From Gemmatimonas sp. (GTDB taxonomy: Bacteria; Gemmatimonadota; Gemmatimonadetes; Gemmatimonadales; Gemmatimonadaceae), in NCBI GenBank assembly GCA_046590495.1, contig JBKJTE010000029.1:329-64328 (forward strand): a stretch of 64,000 bases of DNA, given 5' to 3'. This document shows, in pieces, positions 50,922 through 60,911 of this stretch (position 1 is the stretch's first letter; each line of letters begins with the position of its first letter). A model generated the notes under the pieces. It was not told the DNA's origin. It made no database searches and saw only the letters and a program-made list of their open reading frames with translations. A program made the translations under genes and the position numbers.

Positions 50922-52445
50922 TTAGCGAAGGGGGCGGCCGACCGCGGCTTCCAACGCGGTGAACGCCCGTTGTACTTCGTAAACTGCATTGATGCGATCG
51001 GTTTCTGCCTTTTCGAAATCACCACGCGCCTGCACGAGTTCAACGAGACTGATCGCGCCGACCCGATACCGCTCCTGCGCCAACGACAGCACCGTACGCG
51101 CCGTCGCGACGTTCTGCTCCTGCAAGGCCACCGTCTGCTGCGACGTCGTCAACGACAGGTACGCGGCGGTGACATCGGCCGTGACCTTGAGTTCTTGCGT
51201 CCGGAGACTGTTGGCTGCATCCCGTTGCTGCACGGTCGCTGATTCAACCTGCTGCTCGCGACGGAACCCGTTGAAGATCGGCAGCGACAAGGATGCGTTC
51301 AGGCTGTACGGATTGCGGGTGAAAGCGAACGGATATTTCCCCTGCGAATCGCGGATGGCCTGTTCCTGCGCCGGTGTAAACGCGATCGACTGACACTGCG
51401 ACAAGTTGTTCGTGAGATTGAGTGCGGCGCGCACTTCTTCGGAACGAATGCAACTGGCCTTCGACGCGGACGACCCCAGCTTTCCACTCGTGAGCAGCTG
51501 CTGTGTGTCGGTGTAGCGATTGGTGAAGGCGGAGAGGCTGGCCGAGAGTGCGAGCGACGGAAAATAGCTCCCCTTGGCCGACGCAACGGCACGCTTTGAC
51601 CCTTCTTCACGCAAGCGAAGTCCTTCAAGCTGCGGATTCGACTTGCGGGCCATGTCGAGAATGGACTGCAGCTCAACGGTCGGCGTGGCCGCGAGATTCG
51701 GATCGAGGCGGAGGCCCGGTTGTGCGGTGACACCGACCTGCTGCACGAGTCGCACGATTTCAATCGCGGCCAGATTGCGCGCGTTCAGCGCGGCAACGCG
51801 CTGCTGTCCGTCGGCCACTTCGGCGCGCTGCACATCGAGCTGCGTCCCCGAGCCGACCTGCAGTCGGGCGCGTGCCAGTTGCAACTGCGCTGTCGTGGTG
51901 GTGACGAGCGTGTCCTGCAACGAAGCGCGGGCCTGCGCCTGCAGTGCTGCCAGATACTGTGACGTGATGTCAGTGCGAAGGCGCTGATCAGCGGCCGTGA
52001 TGTCGGCTTCGGCCGCATTCTGATTGAACCTCGCCTGACGACGATCGTTGATCGCGCCAACCGAAATGTTCATTTGCGCAGATGCGCTGACATCCGTCGA
52101 GAGCTGGTCGTTGGTGGCGCCGAACGCCTGCCCCTGGAAGAACGTCTGACGTCCTTCGCGGTAGCCGGCGCCCAGGTTGGTGTTCACGCTTGGCAGCAGG
52201 GCACCGTTTGCCGCGCGCATGACCGCAGCAGCGGACCGACGGGCGTTGGTTGCCGTTGCAAAGCCGGGATTGTTGCGGCGAGCAAGAGCGATCGCGTCGG
52301 CGAGAGTCAGCACCGATCCCGGCGCCGGCGCGGTGGTCGCTGGGGTCTGTGCGGACAGCGTGGGCGCGAATAACGCTCCACTGGCCGAAGCCAGAGCGAG
52401 CATGAGTGCAGAGATACGCATGTAGTGGAGTCGTGAGGAGGTCAT
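50922..52445 (-). CDS. TolC-family outer-membrane efflux protein
   Basis: Signal peptide (MTSSRLHYMRISALMLALASASGALFAPTLSAQ) followed by LTLADAIALARRNNPGF and two repeated TolC helix/beta halves. ATG at 52445 was chosen; the upstream part of track ORF 50922..52697 is discarded. Confidence 0.88.
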   Translation of the reverse strand: MTSSRLHYMRISALMLALASASGALFAPTLSAQTPATTAPAPGSVLTLADAIALARRNNPGFATATNARRSAAAVMRAANGALLPSVNTNLGAGYREGRQTFFQGQAFGATNDQLSTDVSASAQMNISVGAINDRRQARFNQNAAEADITAADQRLRTDITSQYLAALQAQARASLQDTLVTTTTAQLQLARARLQVGSGTQLDVQRAEVADGQQRVAALNARNLAAIEIVRLVQQVGVTAQPGLRLDPNLAATPTVELQSILDMARKSNPQLEGLRLREEGSKRAVASAKGSYFPSLALSASLSAFTNRYTDTQQLLTSGKLGSSASKASCIRSEEVRAALNLTNNLSQCQSIAFTPAQEQAIRDSQGKYPFAFTRNPYSLNASLSLPIFNGFRREQQVESATVQQRDAANSLRTQELKVTADVTAAYLSLTTSQQTVALQEQNVATARTVLSLAQERYRVGAISLVELVQARGDFEKAETDRINAVYEVQRAFTALEAAVGRPLR

Positions 52446-52530
52446 TGGCAGGGGGCCGTACGGGCGCCTCGCCGACGGGGTTTCAGACGCCGAGTCGTCG
52501 TATACGACGAGCGGGAATGTATCAATGCGG

Positions 52531-53289
52531 TCATCGTGGAACGTCGTCGCGCACCGCATCGATCCCACGCGCCGGAAGCAGCACGCGAAGCAGTCGACCG
52601 TCGGCGTCCGCCCAGATCGTGCGCGAATCGCCGCTGGTGAGCACCACGCGCCAACGCCACGCGGCCCGACGCGCGCCGGCGATGACGACGGTGTCACGCT
52701 GGGTTTCGAGGATGAGGCGAACGCTTCCCTGGCGGTTCTCGCCGGGAGTCAGTGTCGGGATGGCCTGCGTGACGCCTACCTCGGCGTGCCGACCGCGCAC
52801 GAGCAGCGCGTATTGCAGCAGACCGTCGTCTTCGAGGATGATGGCGCCCGGACTCAGGAGATACTCGCGCGCCGCCTCGCCCGTGACGCCCCGTGCAAGC
52901 GTCGCAAACCGCCCGCGAAGCCGCTGGCCGCCTAAACGACGGGTGATGTCGGCGCCGCGCCGCTCTTCGAGCGAGTAGCGCACCGGGGTTCCGGCTGAAT
53001 CGGTTTCGAGGCGCATCGCCGTGCGCTGTTCACCACTCGCCGATTCGGCACGCAGTTCGAATACGGCGCCGTCCTGCGATACGATCCGACGGATCGAGAA
53101 CTGTTCGCGGCCGGTCCGCTGCGCGCCGACAAAAAGCGTAAAACTCCCGACGTCAAGTCGCTCCACCTGCTCACGCTCGGCGGGGCCGTGGCTCACGCTG
53201 GCCGGAGAACGCTCAGGGGTTCGGGCCGAACCGCGCGACGCCACGACGAGTAGGGCGAGCGCCAGCGAGGCGAGACGGATCGAAGGCAT
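52531..53289 (-). CDS. Secreted hypothetical protein
   Basis: ATG at 53289 with a signal-peptide-like N-terminus (MPSIRLASLALALLVVASRGSA). No family recognised. Same strand as the efflux operon and upstream of it. Confidence 0.5.
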   Translation of the reverse strand: MPSIRLASLALALLVVASRGSARTPERSPASVSHGPAEREQVERLDVGSFTLFVGAQRTGREQFSIRRIVSQDGAVFELRAESASGEQRTAMRLETDSAGTPVRYSLEERRGADITRRLGGQRLRGRFATLARGVTGEAAREYLLSPGAIILEDDGLLQYALLVRGRHAEVGVTQAIPTLTPGENRQGSVRLILETQRDTVVIAGARRAAWRWRVVLTSGDSRTIWADADGRLLRVLLPARGIDAVRDDVPR

Positions 53290-53318
53290 CAACCGAAGAT
53301 AGCCGGTCCCCCTTCGCC

Positions 53319-56300
53319 ATGTGGGGATACGCGGGGTATTGTGCGGCGATGACAGCTACCCTCGTTGAACCGTCGCCTGAGCCGGTCGCGGTGCGCCCCG
53401 CGCCCCGCGGCCGTACCAACGACGAGCAATGGCCCATGGCGTGGGTGCTCTGCGCGGTCGGCGCGGTGATCGCCCTCGCCACTTGGCAAAAAGCACCCGG
53501 CTGGGGAACGCTGATCACGGCCGTACTGGGCACGCTCGGCGCGGCCGTGTGCACACGCTGGATTCGTCACCCTCGCGGGTGGGGAATCGGCGCGGTGGTG
53601 GCGCTGACGGCCGCGGTGGCTGTTTCCGCACGCGAGACCGCCACGCTGCAAGAGGTCGCCAACAATTGGGGCAGTTGGTCTGCACAGGAGCGTGAGGATC
53701 GCGGACAACGCGTCGCCGCGAACTTGACGGAGGTGAAGGAGACGCTGCTCCGCGCTGCACGCGCGGCGGTGGAAGATACGGCCCTCGTTCGATCGATCGA
53801 GGCCGGTGCGACGCCGGTCTCCGCGGTCGACCCGCCGCACATTGTTGGCGGCGTTGAGACCGCACTGTTGCTCTTCAAGGGCGAGCGACTGATCGCGCGG
53901 GCCGGGCAGTCGCGCACGCCGATTTCACCGATCGGCGCCGAAACGATTCGGTTGGTGGCCGGACCCTTTCATTCGTCGCTTGTGGCCCGCGCGCTGTCGG
54001 CTGGTGGCGATGTGCAGGCGGTCGCAGTGGCGTTGATTTCTTCGGCGCCGCCAGCCGATCGTTTTGTCCAATCGCTGACGCAATCGTTGGCCGGACGATT
54101 CTCGATCGATCGTACCGTCATCGAGTCCCCGGACTCCGCACGGGTTGTTCCCGGCTCGACGGTGGTTGTCGTCCCGGATGGGCCGCGTCGTTTGGCGCGC
54201 GTGCGTGCACTGGCCTACTCCGAAGGCGAAACGCGCGAAGCGCTGTTGCAACGCGCGCGTGCACGAACCGGGGTGCCGCTCGCAATTGCGGTGCTGCTGG
54301 TGTTGGTGACGAGTTGGCGGCGACCAGCGCGCACGGTGCATCGCGTGGCGATGATTGTCGCGCTGCTGCGGGCCGTCGCCGTCGCCCCGCTTGGGGCCCT
54401 CTCGAATGTGTCGGGGATATTTGACGCGTCCAACTACTACGCCGCGATGGGTGGCGCGCTGACGGCAAACGTTGCCGCGCTGCTGATCACGGCATCGTTG
54501 GTGTTGGCGACACTGTTCCTCGTGATGCGCTCAACGCACGTGATGCGATCGCGCTGGGTTGCCGCGATCCTGGTTGTCCTCGTTGCGGGGCTCGGACCAT
54601 TTCTGTTGCGCGACTTGGCGCGCGGTATCCAATTGCCGCAGGCGGGCGCAAGCACGCGACTGTGGATGGCGTGGCAGTTGGCGTTGGCGCTGGCTGGCGC
54701 GTCGGTATTGCTCGCGGGTGCAACCGCGGGGCAGGCGGCAATCGGACGCGCGCGTGGCGTTCCACCAATCACCGCTCCGCTGCTGGCAATCATTGCAGCG
54801 ATGCTCGGCCCTGTTTTGTGGAAAGCGCCGGGAACCTGGCCCGCGTGGTATCCGGTGTGTTGGGTGCTCGCAATCGGTGCGCTCACACTCACACGACGCG
54901 GTGTCGCGCTGGTGATGGGCGCCGCCGTGGTCGCGGGCGCCGGTGCCGCGACGCTCACCTGGGGGCAGGTGGTGCGCGCGAGGATGGATCTGGCGCAGCA
55001 TGATTTGCCGAGGCTTTCGGCGGTCGACGAGAACGCGCGCCGGCTGTTGGCGCAGTTTGCCTACGCGCTGGCGGAGGAACAGCGGCCAGATCAGGCGAGC
55101 GACGAACTGCTGCGTCGGTTCGCGGCGAGCGACCTTGCTCGCGCCGGATATCCCGCTCGAATCGCGCGATGGATTCCGACTCAACCGAATACGCCGATCG
55201 CGGAAATTTCACTCGCCCCGATCAGCGATACGCTGAGTGCGATGGCGTTGAGCGCCGTGCTGACGCGTCAGAGCGGTGCGACGGCGTTTTTCAGTACGAA
55301 TGACGGACCGACAACCATCTTGATCGCGGCGGTCCCCGCACCTGATGGCAGCGTTACAACGGTCGCTGTGCCACCACGCACCGGACTGCTGCCATCGGAT
55401 CCATTTGCCGCGCTGACCGGCATTACGGGTGCGCGGGGACTCGAGCCCCCTTATCGGCTGACGCTGACCGCAACGGCGGTTGACGAAACAGCGACGCAAA
55501 CACTCACTTGGCGTCGGCGTGGCATGGCGATGCACGGCGACGGCGTCGTTGGTGCGGGGCGCGAGGCGCGGAAGGTACACGTCGAGGTCGAACTGCGGGG
55601 CGCTGACGCGCTGCTGCCGCGTGGCGCGCTGCTCATCCTGCTTGATCTCGTGGCGGTGATGTTGCTCTGGGGTGCGAGCGCGATGGCCGATGGCGCATTC
55701 GGTCGGTGGCTTCGCGTTCGACGCACGCGGTGGCGGCGCTCCTACCGCGTGCGACTGAGCCTCACGCTGCTCGGTTTTTTCGTCGCGCCAGCTGCGATCT
55801 TTGCCGCGTGGTCGTGGTATCGTTTGCAGGATGACGACGCCGCTGCGCGTGAACTCCTGGTGCGCGAGGCGTTGCGCGTTGCCGCGGTCGATGTGGAGCG
55901 CAACGAACTTTCAACGTCGGCAACAAGTGTAGGCACGCCACTCTTCTTGTATCAGGACGGACAGCTCGTTGGCGCCAGCGATGCACTGCTCGATGCACTC
56001 GCACCACTCGGTCGACTGTTGCCCGTTTCGGTTGCGAATGACGAAGGCGATGGCGACGACCTGTTCTCCACGCGCCGACTGACCATCAGCGGCCGTCAGG
56101 CACTCGTTGGTTTCCGTCGCATTCCGCAATTCAGCGCGACCGGTATGCTCGCAACGCCAGCGCGCGGAGACGAGTTTGCACTCGACGCGCGACGCGCCGA
56201 CCTCGGCGTGTTGGTGCTCTTTGTGACGGCACTCGGCGCACTCGCGGCGATCTGGTCGAGTGGCGTTGCCGCGCGTTCGCTCGCGCGCCCGGTGAGCGCG

Positions 56301-57464
56301 CTGCGCGAGGCCGCACTCGCAATCGCGGCTGGTGGAAAGGACCCATCGCTTGGCGCTGCACCTGCGGCGGAATTCGCGCCGGTGTATCGCGCCTTCGGTC
56401 GTATGGCGACCGATCTCACGAGCAGTCGCGCGGCGCTCGAAGCGGCACAACGTCGAACTGAAGCGGTGTTGCAGAATGTCGCCAGCGGTGTGCTCGCGTT
56501 GCGACCGGATGGAGAAATTCTTCTCGCCAATCCGCGCGCAGAAGCGCTGCTCGCGGTGCCCGTGCGTGCGCAAGGGACGACGTTGAGTGCATTCCCCCGT
56601 TCGCTGTCATCGCTTGTCGCGCAGTGCATGACGTTTCTCGCGGCGACAGATGCCCGCGCGCAGACCGAAGAGGCGTTCGAAGTCTCGGTGCAGGGACGAC
56701 AGCTGCGCGCGCGGCTCACGCGTTTGCCGAACGGCGCCGTGCTCACTCTCGATGACGTGACCGAGCTTGCAACCGCGCAGCGAGTACTGGCGTGGGGCGA
56801 GATGGCGCGTCAGGTGGCGCACGAGATCAAGAATCCGCTGACACCGATCCGTTTGGGCGTCCAGCATCTTCGTCGCGCATTCCGTGATGGACGCGGCGAC
56901 TTCAGCGCGATTCTCGACACGAACGTGACGCGCGTGTTGGAAGAGATCGACCATCTCGACGAAATCGCGCGTGCATTCAGTCGGTATGGTATGGCGCCAA
57001 CCGATCGTGAACCACCGATCCCGGTTGACGTTCACGCGGCAGTGCGCGACGTGCTTGCGCTGGAACAGATGGGCGAAGGCGACGTGCAGTGGCGGTTCGT
57101 CTCCGACATAGATGGGGACGGAAGCACGACTCATCTTCACGCATTTGCACAGCGCGATGAGCTCAAGGAAGTGCTGCTCAACGTGCTCGAGAACGCACGA
57201 CATGCGCAGGCCCGTGACGTGACGGTCCGTATCTCGCGCGTTGCCGACCAGCTGTTGATTCAGGTGCACGACGATGGCACGGGGATCGCCGCTGATGTTC
57301 TCGGTCGTGTCTTCGAACCGCACTTCTCCACGAGCACCAGCGGGAGTGGACTTGGACTCGCGATCAGCCGTCGTCTGATTGAAGGGTGGGGTGGTTCGAT
57401 TGCATTGCAGAGCACACCCGGGGCTGGTGCCGAAGTCGAGATTGTCCTTCGCGCTGCGTCCTGA
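53319..57464 (+). CDS. Very large polytopic sensor histidine kinase (NtrY-like HAMP-PAS-HisKA-HATPase C-terminus)
   Basis: H-box MARQVAHEIKNPLTPIRLGVQHL, N-box LLNVLENARHA, G1 HDDGTGI, G2 GSGLGLAISRRL. The first ~900 aa contain many hydrophobic segments. An alternative start is ATG 53349. Confidence 0.85.
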   Translation: MWGYAGYCAAMTATLVEPSPEPVAVRPAPRGRTNDEQWPMAWVLCAVGAVIALATWQKAPGWGTLITAVLGTLGAAVCTRWIRHPRGWGIGAVVALTAAVAVSARETATLQEVANNWGSWSAQEREDRGQRVAANLTEVKETLLRAARAAVEDTALVRSIEAGATPVSAVDPPHIVGGVETALLLFKGERLIARAGQSRTPISPIGAETIRLVAGPFHSSLVARALSAGGDVQAVAVALISSAPPADRFVQSLTQSLAGRFSIDRTVIESPDSARVVPGSTVVVVPDGPRRLARVRALAYSEGETREALLQRARARTGVPLAIAVLLVLVTSWRRPARTVHRVAMIVALLRAVAVAPLGALSNVSGIFDASNYYAAMGGALTANVAALLITASLVLATLFLVMRSTHVMRSRWVAAILVVLVAGLGPFLLRDLARGIQLPQAGASTRLWMAWQLALALAGASVLLAGATAGQAAIGRARGVPPITAPLLAIIAAMLGPVLWKAPGTWPAWYPVCWVLAIGALTLTRRGVALVMGAAVVAGAGAATLTWGQVVRARMDLAQHDLPRLSAVDENARRLLAQFAYALAEEQRPDQASDELLRRFAASDLARAGYPARIARWIPTQPNTPIAEISLAPISDTLSAMALSAVLTRQSGATAFFSTNDGPTTILIAAVPAPDGSVTTVAVPPRTGLLPSDPFAALTGITGARGLEPPYRLTLTATAVDETATQTLTWRRRGMAMHGDGVVGAGREARKVHVEVELRGADALLPRGALLILLDLVAVMLLWGASAMADGAFGRWLRVRRTRWRRSYRVRLSLTLLGFFVAPAAIFAAWSWYRLQDDDAAARELLVREALRVAAVDVERNELSTSATSVGTPLFLYQDGQLVGASDALLDALAPLGRLLPVSVANDEGDGDDLFSTRRLTISGRQALVGFRRIPQFSATGMLATPARGDEFALDARRADLGVLVLFVTALGALAAIWSSGVAARSLARPVSALREAALAIAAGGKDPSLGAAPAAEFAPVYRAFGRMATDLTSSRAALEAAQRRTEAVLQNVASGVLALRPDGEILLANPRAEALLAVPVRAQGTTLSAFPRSLSSLVAQCMTFLAATDARAQTEEAFEVSVQGRQLRARLTRLPNGAVLTLDDVTELATAQRVLAWGEMARQVAHEIKNPLTPIRLGVQHLRRAFRDGRGDFSAILDTNVTRVLEEIDHLDEIARAFSRYGMAPTDREPPIPVDVHAAVRDVLALEQMGEGDVQWRFVSDIDGDGSTTHLHAFAQRDELKEVLLNVLENARHAQARDVTVRISRVADQLLIQVHDDGTGIAADVLGRVFEPHFSTSTSGSGLGLAISRRLIEGWGGSIALQSTPGAGAEVEIVLRAAS

Positions 57465-57563
57465 GTACGTACGTTTGCTCCCCGCAGAGCACCGGTCACA
57501 CCAGACCGGGCTGTGCCGATTTACGCCACAGGTGTAGCGACGTTCGGGGCGTTACTCTTCAGC

Positions 57564-59333
57564 ATGGTTCCTGAATCCCTCGTTGCTGTTCATCGCATCA
57601 CGCCGTCTCCACCGCCGCACCTCGAGCCGTGGACGCTGCCCCCTGGGTGGTCGTGGGGGAGCGAAGGGCTGTTGCTCGAACATCGGCACTATCAGGAAGT
57701 CGTCGACGCACTGGGACGCTCGCTGTCGCTCGTGAGCTGTCCTGACGAAGCGTATGGCGCCTGGTTGTGGCATGAGGCGCGCGCGCTCGCGCATCGCAAT
57801 CATCCGTCCATTCCCACCACGTATCACTACTGGGCTTCGTATCAGGAGAGTCGTCGCGGTCCGGGCTATCTCCGTCGATGGATCAGCGGTGAAACGGTGT
57901 TGTCGCGCGTGAATCGACTGGGCCCGGAATCGGTGCCGCTCGCGCTTCAGGTGCTCCGCGAGGCCGGGAGCACGCTCGCATATCTGCACGATACCGGGGC
58001 AGCCCATGGCGACATCTCCGCCAACTCTGTCTGGCTCACCCCCGGTGGCCGACTGTGGCTACTCGGCTGGGAGTGGGTGCTACCGAAGGATCAGATTCCG
58101 GCCGGGATTCGGCCGAGTCCTGAGTACGCTCCAGGGCCGGCGGAGTGGGGCGACGGCCAATGGAATCCGACGCCCGCGTCGGATCAGTGGCAGCTCGCCG
58201 CGATGCTCTTCACGATGCTGACCGGCGAGACGCCGCCCGAGCGCGATGTGCCGCCGCTTTCGCTGCTGCGCCCTGACTGCCCGCAGACCCTTGCCAACGT
58301 GATCGAACGCGCGCTCAACCCCGATCCGGGCTTGCGATTCGCGTCGATTGCCGCGCTGCTGCGCGATATGGATCGGCATGTGTCCGTGCGACAGGTGATG
58401 ATCTCGCCGGAAGGCGATGAACTTCCGCCCGCACTCGATACGGCGGACGCGCGACTGCGGTGGGCCACGGCCGACGACTACGAAATTCTGTCGCCGCTGG
58501 GTAGCGGCATGTTCGGCAGTGTGTGGCGTGCCCGTGACCTTTCGTTGTCGCGCGAAGTCGCCATCAAGGTGCTGCATCCGCACATCGCGAAGGACGATGT
58601 TGCGGTTGCGCGTTTCCGTCGCGAAGCGCGTCTCGCCGCCGGTCTCGCGCATCCATCGATCGTGCCGATCTACGACAGCGACAGCCGTGGCGACATTGTC
58701 TGGTACACGATGGAACTGGCCGAAGGTGGATCGGTCGCGAGTCTCGTGTCGCGCAGCGGTCCGCGTCCGTTTGAAGAAATTGCGCAACAGGTCGACGATG
58801 TGCTCGAGGCGCTGATTGCCGCGCATGCGAGTGGCATCATCCACCGGGATCTCAAGCCGGAAAACATTCTGATCGATCGCTACCGTCGGTGGCGCATTGG
58901 TGACTTCGGTATTGCGTACGCGTTGGGTGACGAGCGCGCCGGCACGTCCGGTACGCCGTCGTTTGCTGCGCCCGAACAGTTGCTAGGCGAAGCGCAGGGG
59001 CCGGCGACCGACTGCTTCGCTCTCGCAAGCATCGTCTACTTCGTGTTGACGGGACACCCGCCATTCGGTGATGGCCCGGGTGAGATGATTCTGGCACAGC
59101 AGTTGGCCGATACGCTGCCGGGACGTCTACTCGCGGACGGCTTCTCCGACTCGATCGCCGAATGGTTGCGTCACGGTCTCGCGCCGCGCGTCGAAGATCG
59201 CTTCGGCGACGCGCAGGAGATGCGGATCGCGTGGCGTCAGGTCGTGCGCAGTGTCCGTCGCGCTGAAGACCAGCGTCCGTGGTGGCGTCGTCTGATCGAA
59301 GGCCCGCAGGAGAGCGACAACACGCCCGTGTAG
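57564..59333 (+). CDS. Tandem pseudokinase plus canonical Hanks-type Ser/Thr protein kinase
   Basis: The C-terminal domain has GSGMFGSVW, VAIKVL, HRDLKPENIL, DFGIA and APE. The N-terminal domain is kinase-like but degenerate (HGDISANSVWL, GWE in place of DFG, no Gly-loop or VAIK). The start is ATG 57564 or GTG 57513. Confidence 0.82.
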   Translation: MVPESLVAVHRITPSPPPHLEPWTLPPGWSWGSEGLLLEHRHYQEVVDALGRSLSLVSCPDEAYGAWLWHEARALAHRNHPSIPTTYHYWASYQESRRGPGYLRRWISGETVLSRVNRLGPESVPLALQVLREAGSTLAYLHDTGAAHGDISANSVWLTPGGRLWLLGWEWVLPKDQIPAGIRPSPEYAPGPAEWGDGQWNPTPASDQWQLAAMLFTMLTGETPPERDVPPLSLLRPDCPQTLANVIERALNPDPGLRFASIAALLRDMDRHVSVRQVMISPEGDELPPALDTADARLRWATADDYEILSPLGSGMFGSVWRARDLSLSREVAIKVLHPHIAKDDVAVARFRREARLAAGLAHPSIVPIYDSDSRGDIVWYTMELAEGGSVASLVSRSGPRPFEEIAQQVDDVLEALIAAHASGIIHRDLKPENILIDRYRRWRIGDFGIAYALGDERAGTSGTPSFAAPEQLLGEAQGPATDCFALASIVYFVLTGHPPFGDGPGEMILAQQLADTLPGRLLADGFSDSIAEWLRHGLAPRVEDRFGDAQEMRIAWRQVVRSVRRAEDQRPWWRRLIEGPQESDNTPV

Positions 59334-59380
59334 TCGCCCTCCACGACGGGCGTTCCCGCGAGGGGCTCAGGGCGACGGCT

Positions 59381-60772
59381 TCAGCGCGTGATGCGAACCG
59401 TCTTCACGTTGGTGAATTCGCGAAACCCGGCGAGGCCGAGTTCGCGCCCTACCCCGGATTGCTTGATCCCGCCGAACGGATAACGCGCGTCGGAGACGAC
59501 CATGTCGTTCACGAACACCATGCCGACTTCGAGGGCAGACGCAAAGCGCTCGGCTTCGTCGCCATCGCGCGTCCACACACTCGCGCCAAGTCCATAGGGC
59601 GAATCATTCGCGAGCGCGAGCGCCTCGTCGGCATCACGCACGCGAAACACCGACGCGACGGGCCCGAACAACTCTTCGCACGCCGCGGGCGATTGCGTCG
59701 GAATGTCGACGAGCACCGTTGGTGGGAAAAAGAAGCCCGCGGTTGAGTCCACAGCTCCACCCACGACCGCGCGCGCTCCCTGCGCGAGCGAGTCGCGCAC
59801 TTGCGCGGCAAGTCCGTCGCGCACACTCGCCGTCGCGATCGGACCAACCTGCGTGCGTTCGTCGCGCGGGTCGCCCACAACGACGGCGCGCATCCCCGCC
59901 GAAAACAGCTCCAGAAACTCGTCGTAGATCGCGTCGCACACGATGAACCGCTTGGCCGCGACGCACGATTGCCCCGAGTTCACCGTACGCGCCAACACCG
60001 CAATCGTCGCGGCCCGTTTGACGTCTGCACTCGGCAGCACGACAAACGGATCACTGCCGCCCAATTCGAGCACCACTTTCTTGAGATGCTTCCCCGCAAC
60101 CTTCCCAACGTGACGGCCAGCACGGTCGCTGCCGGTGAGCGTCACACCGGAAATACGTGGATCGGCGATAACCGCGTCGAGCGACTCGATATCGAAGAGG
60201 GCGATGTGACACGGCGCCAGGGGAGCATCGCTGGTTGCGACCGCCGCGCGTGCATCGGCAAAGCACTGGTCAAGCAGCCGCGCGGGGCCCGGCACCGATG
60301 GAGCAGGCTTGATAAGGACACCGTTGCCGGCAAGCAGCGCGGGAACCGCAAAGCGCAGTGCCTGCCAATAGGGAAAATTCCATGGCATGATGGCGAGTAC
60401 GTTGCCCAGCGCCTCATGACGCACGCGTATAGCTCCCTTCTCGTCATCCTGCACAATTTCGTCGGCGAGTGCACTTGCGGCCATCGCGGGCGCGACGTCG
60501 CACAGCGCCGCGCATTTGTCGACCTCACCGCGAGCAGAGACGATCGGCTTTCCCATTTCCAGCGCGAGTGCTTCAGCGAGCGATTCGCGACGCGCGCGGA
60601 GGGCAGCACCGAGTGCTGTGATGAACCGCCCACGACTGTCGAGCGACGTGCGTCGCCACAGGAGTTGCTCCGTCGCGATGCGGGCGAGCAATGTCTCGCG
60701 TTCGGACGTGGACAGCGCGGCGGTCTCGTACAGCAGCTCGCCCGAAGTTGGATTTGTCGCACAAAAGGTCAT
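59381..60772 (-). CDS. NAD(P)-dependent aldehyde dehydrogenase (succinate-semialdehyde dehydrogenase-like)
   Basis: ALDH catalytic motifs VLELGGSDPFVV (Glu) and NSGQSCVAAKRF (Cys). ATG at 60772 (MTFCATNPTSGELL...); the upstream part of the 583-aa track ORF is discarded. Confidence 0.85.
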   Translation of the reverse strand: MTFCATNPTSGELLYETAALSTSERETLLARIATEQLLWRRTSLDSRGRFITALGAALRARRESLAEALALEMGKPIVSARGEVDKCAALCDVAPAMAASALADEIVQDDEKGAIRVRHEALGNVLAIMPWNFPYWQALRFAVPALLAGNGVLIKPAPSVPGPARLLDQCFADARAAVATSDAPLAPCHIALFDIESLDAVIADPRISGVTLTGSDRAGRHVGKVAGKHLKKVVLELGGSDPFVVLPSADVKRAATIAVLARTVNSGQSCVAAKRFIVCDAIYDEFLELFSAGMRAVVVGDPRDERTQVGPIATASVRDGLAAQVRDSLAQGARAVVGGAVDSTAGFFFPPTVLVDIPTQSPAACEELFGPVASVFRVRDADEALALANDSPYGLGASVWTRDGDEAERFASALEVGMVFVNDMVVSDARYPFGGIKQSGVGRELGLAGFREFTNVKTVRITR

Positions 60773-60911
60773 GAAACGAACGTCGGTGCTCGACCCATGC
60801 ACGGTCAAGCACCGACAGTCGATCTGTCCCGCCTTTCTGGAACGCTCAGCTTGAACTCTCGGGTGGCGCCGAGCCGGATCCTCTGCGTTTCCCCGAAACG
60901 TACCGCGGATG

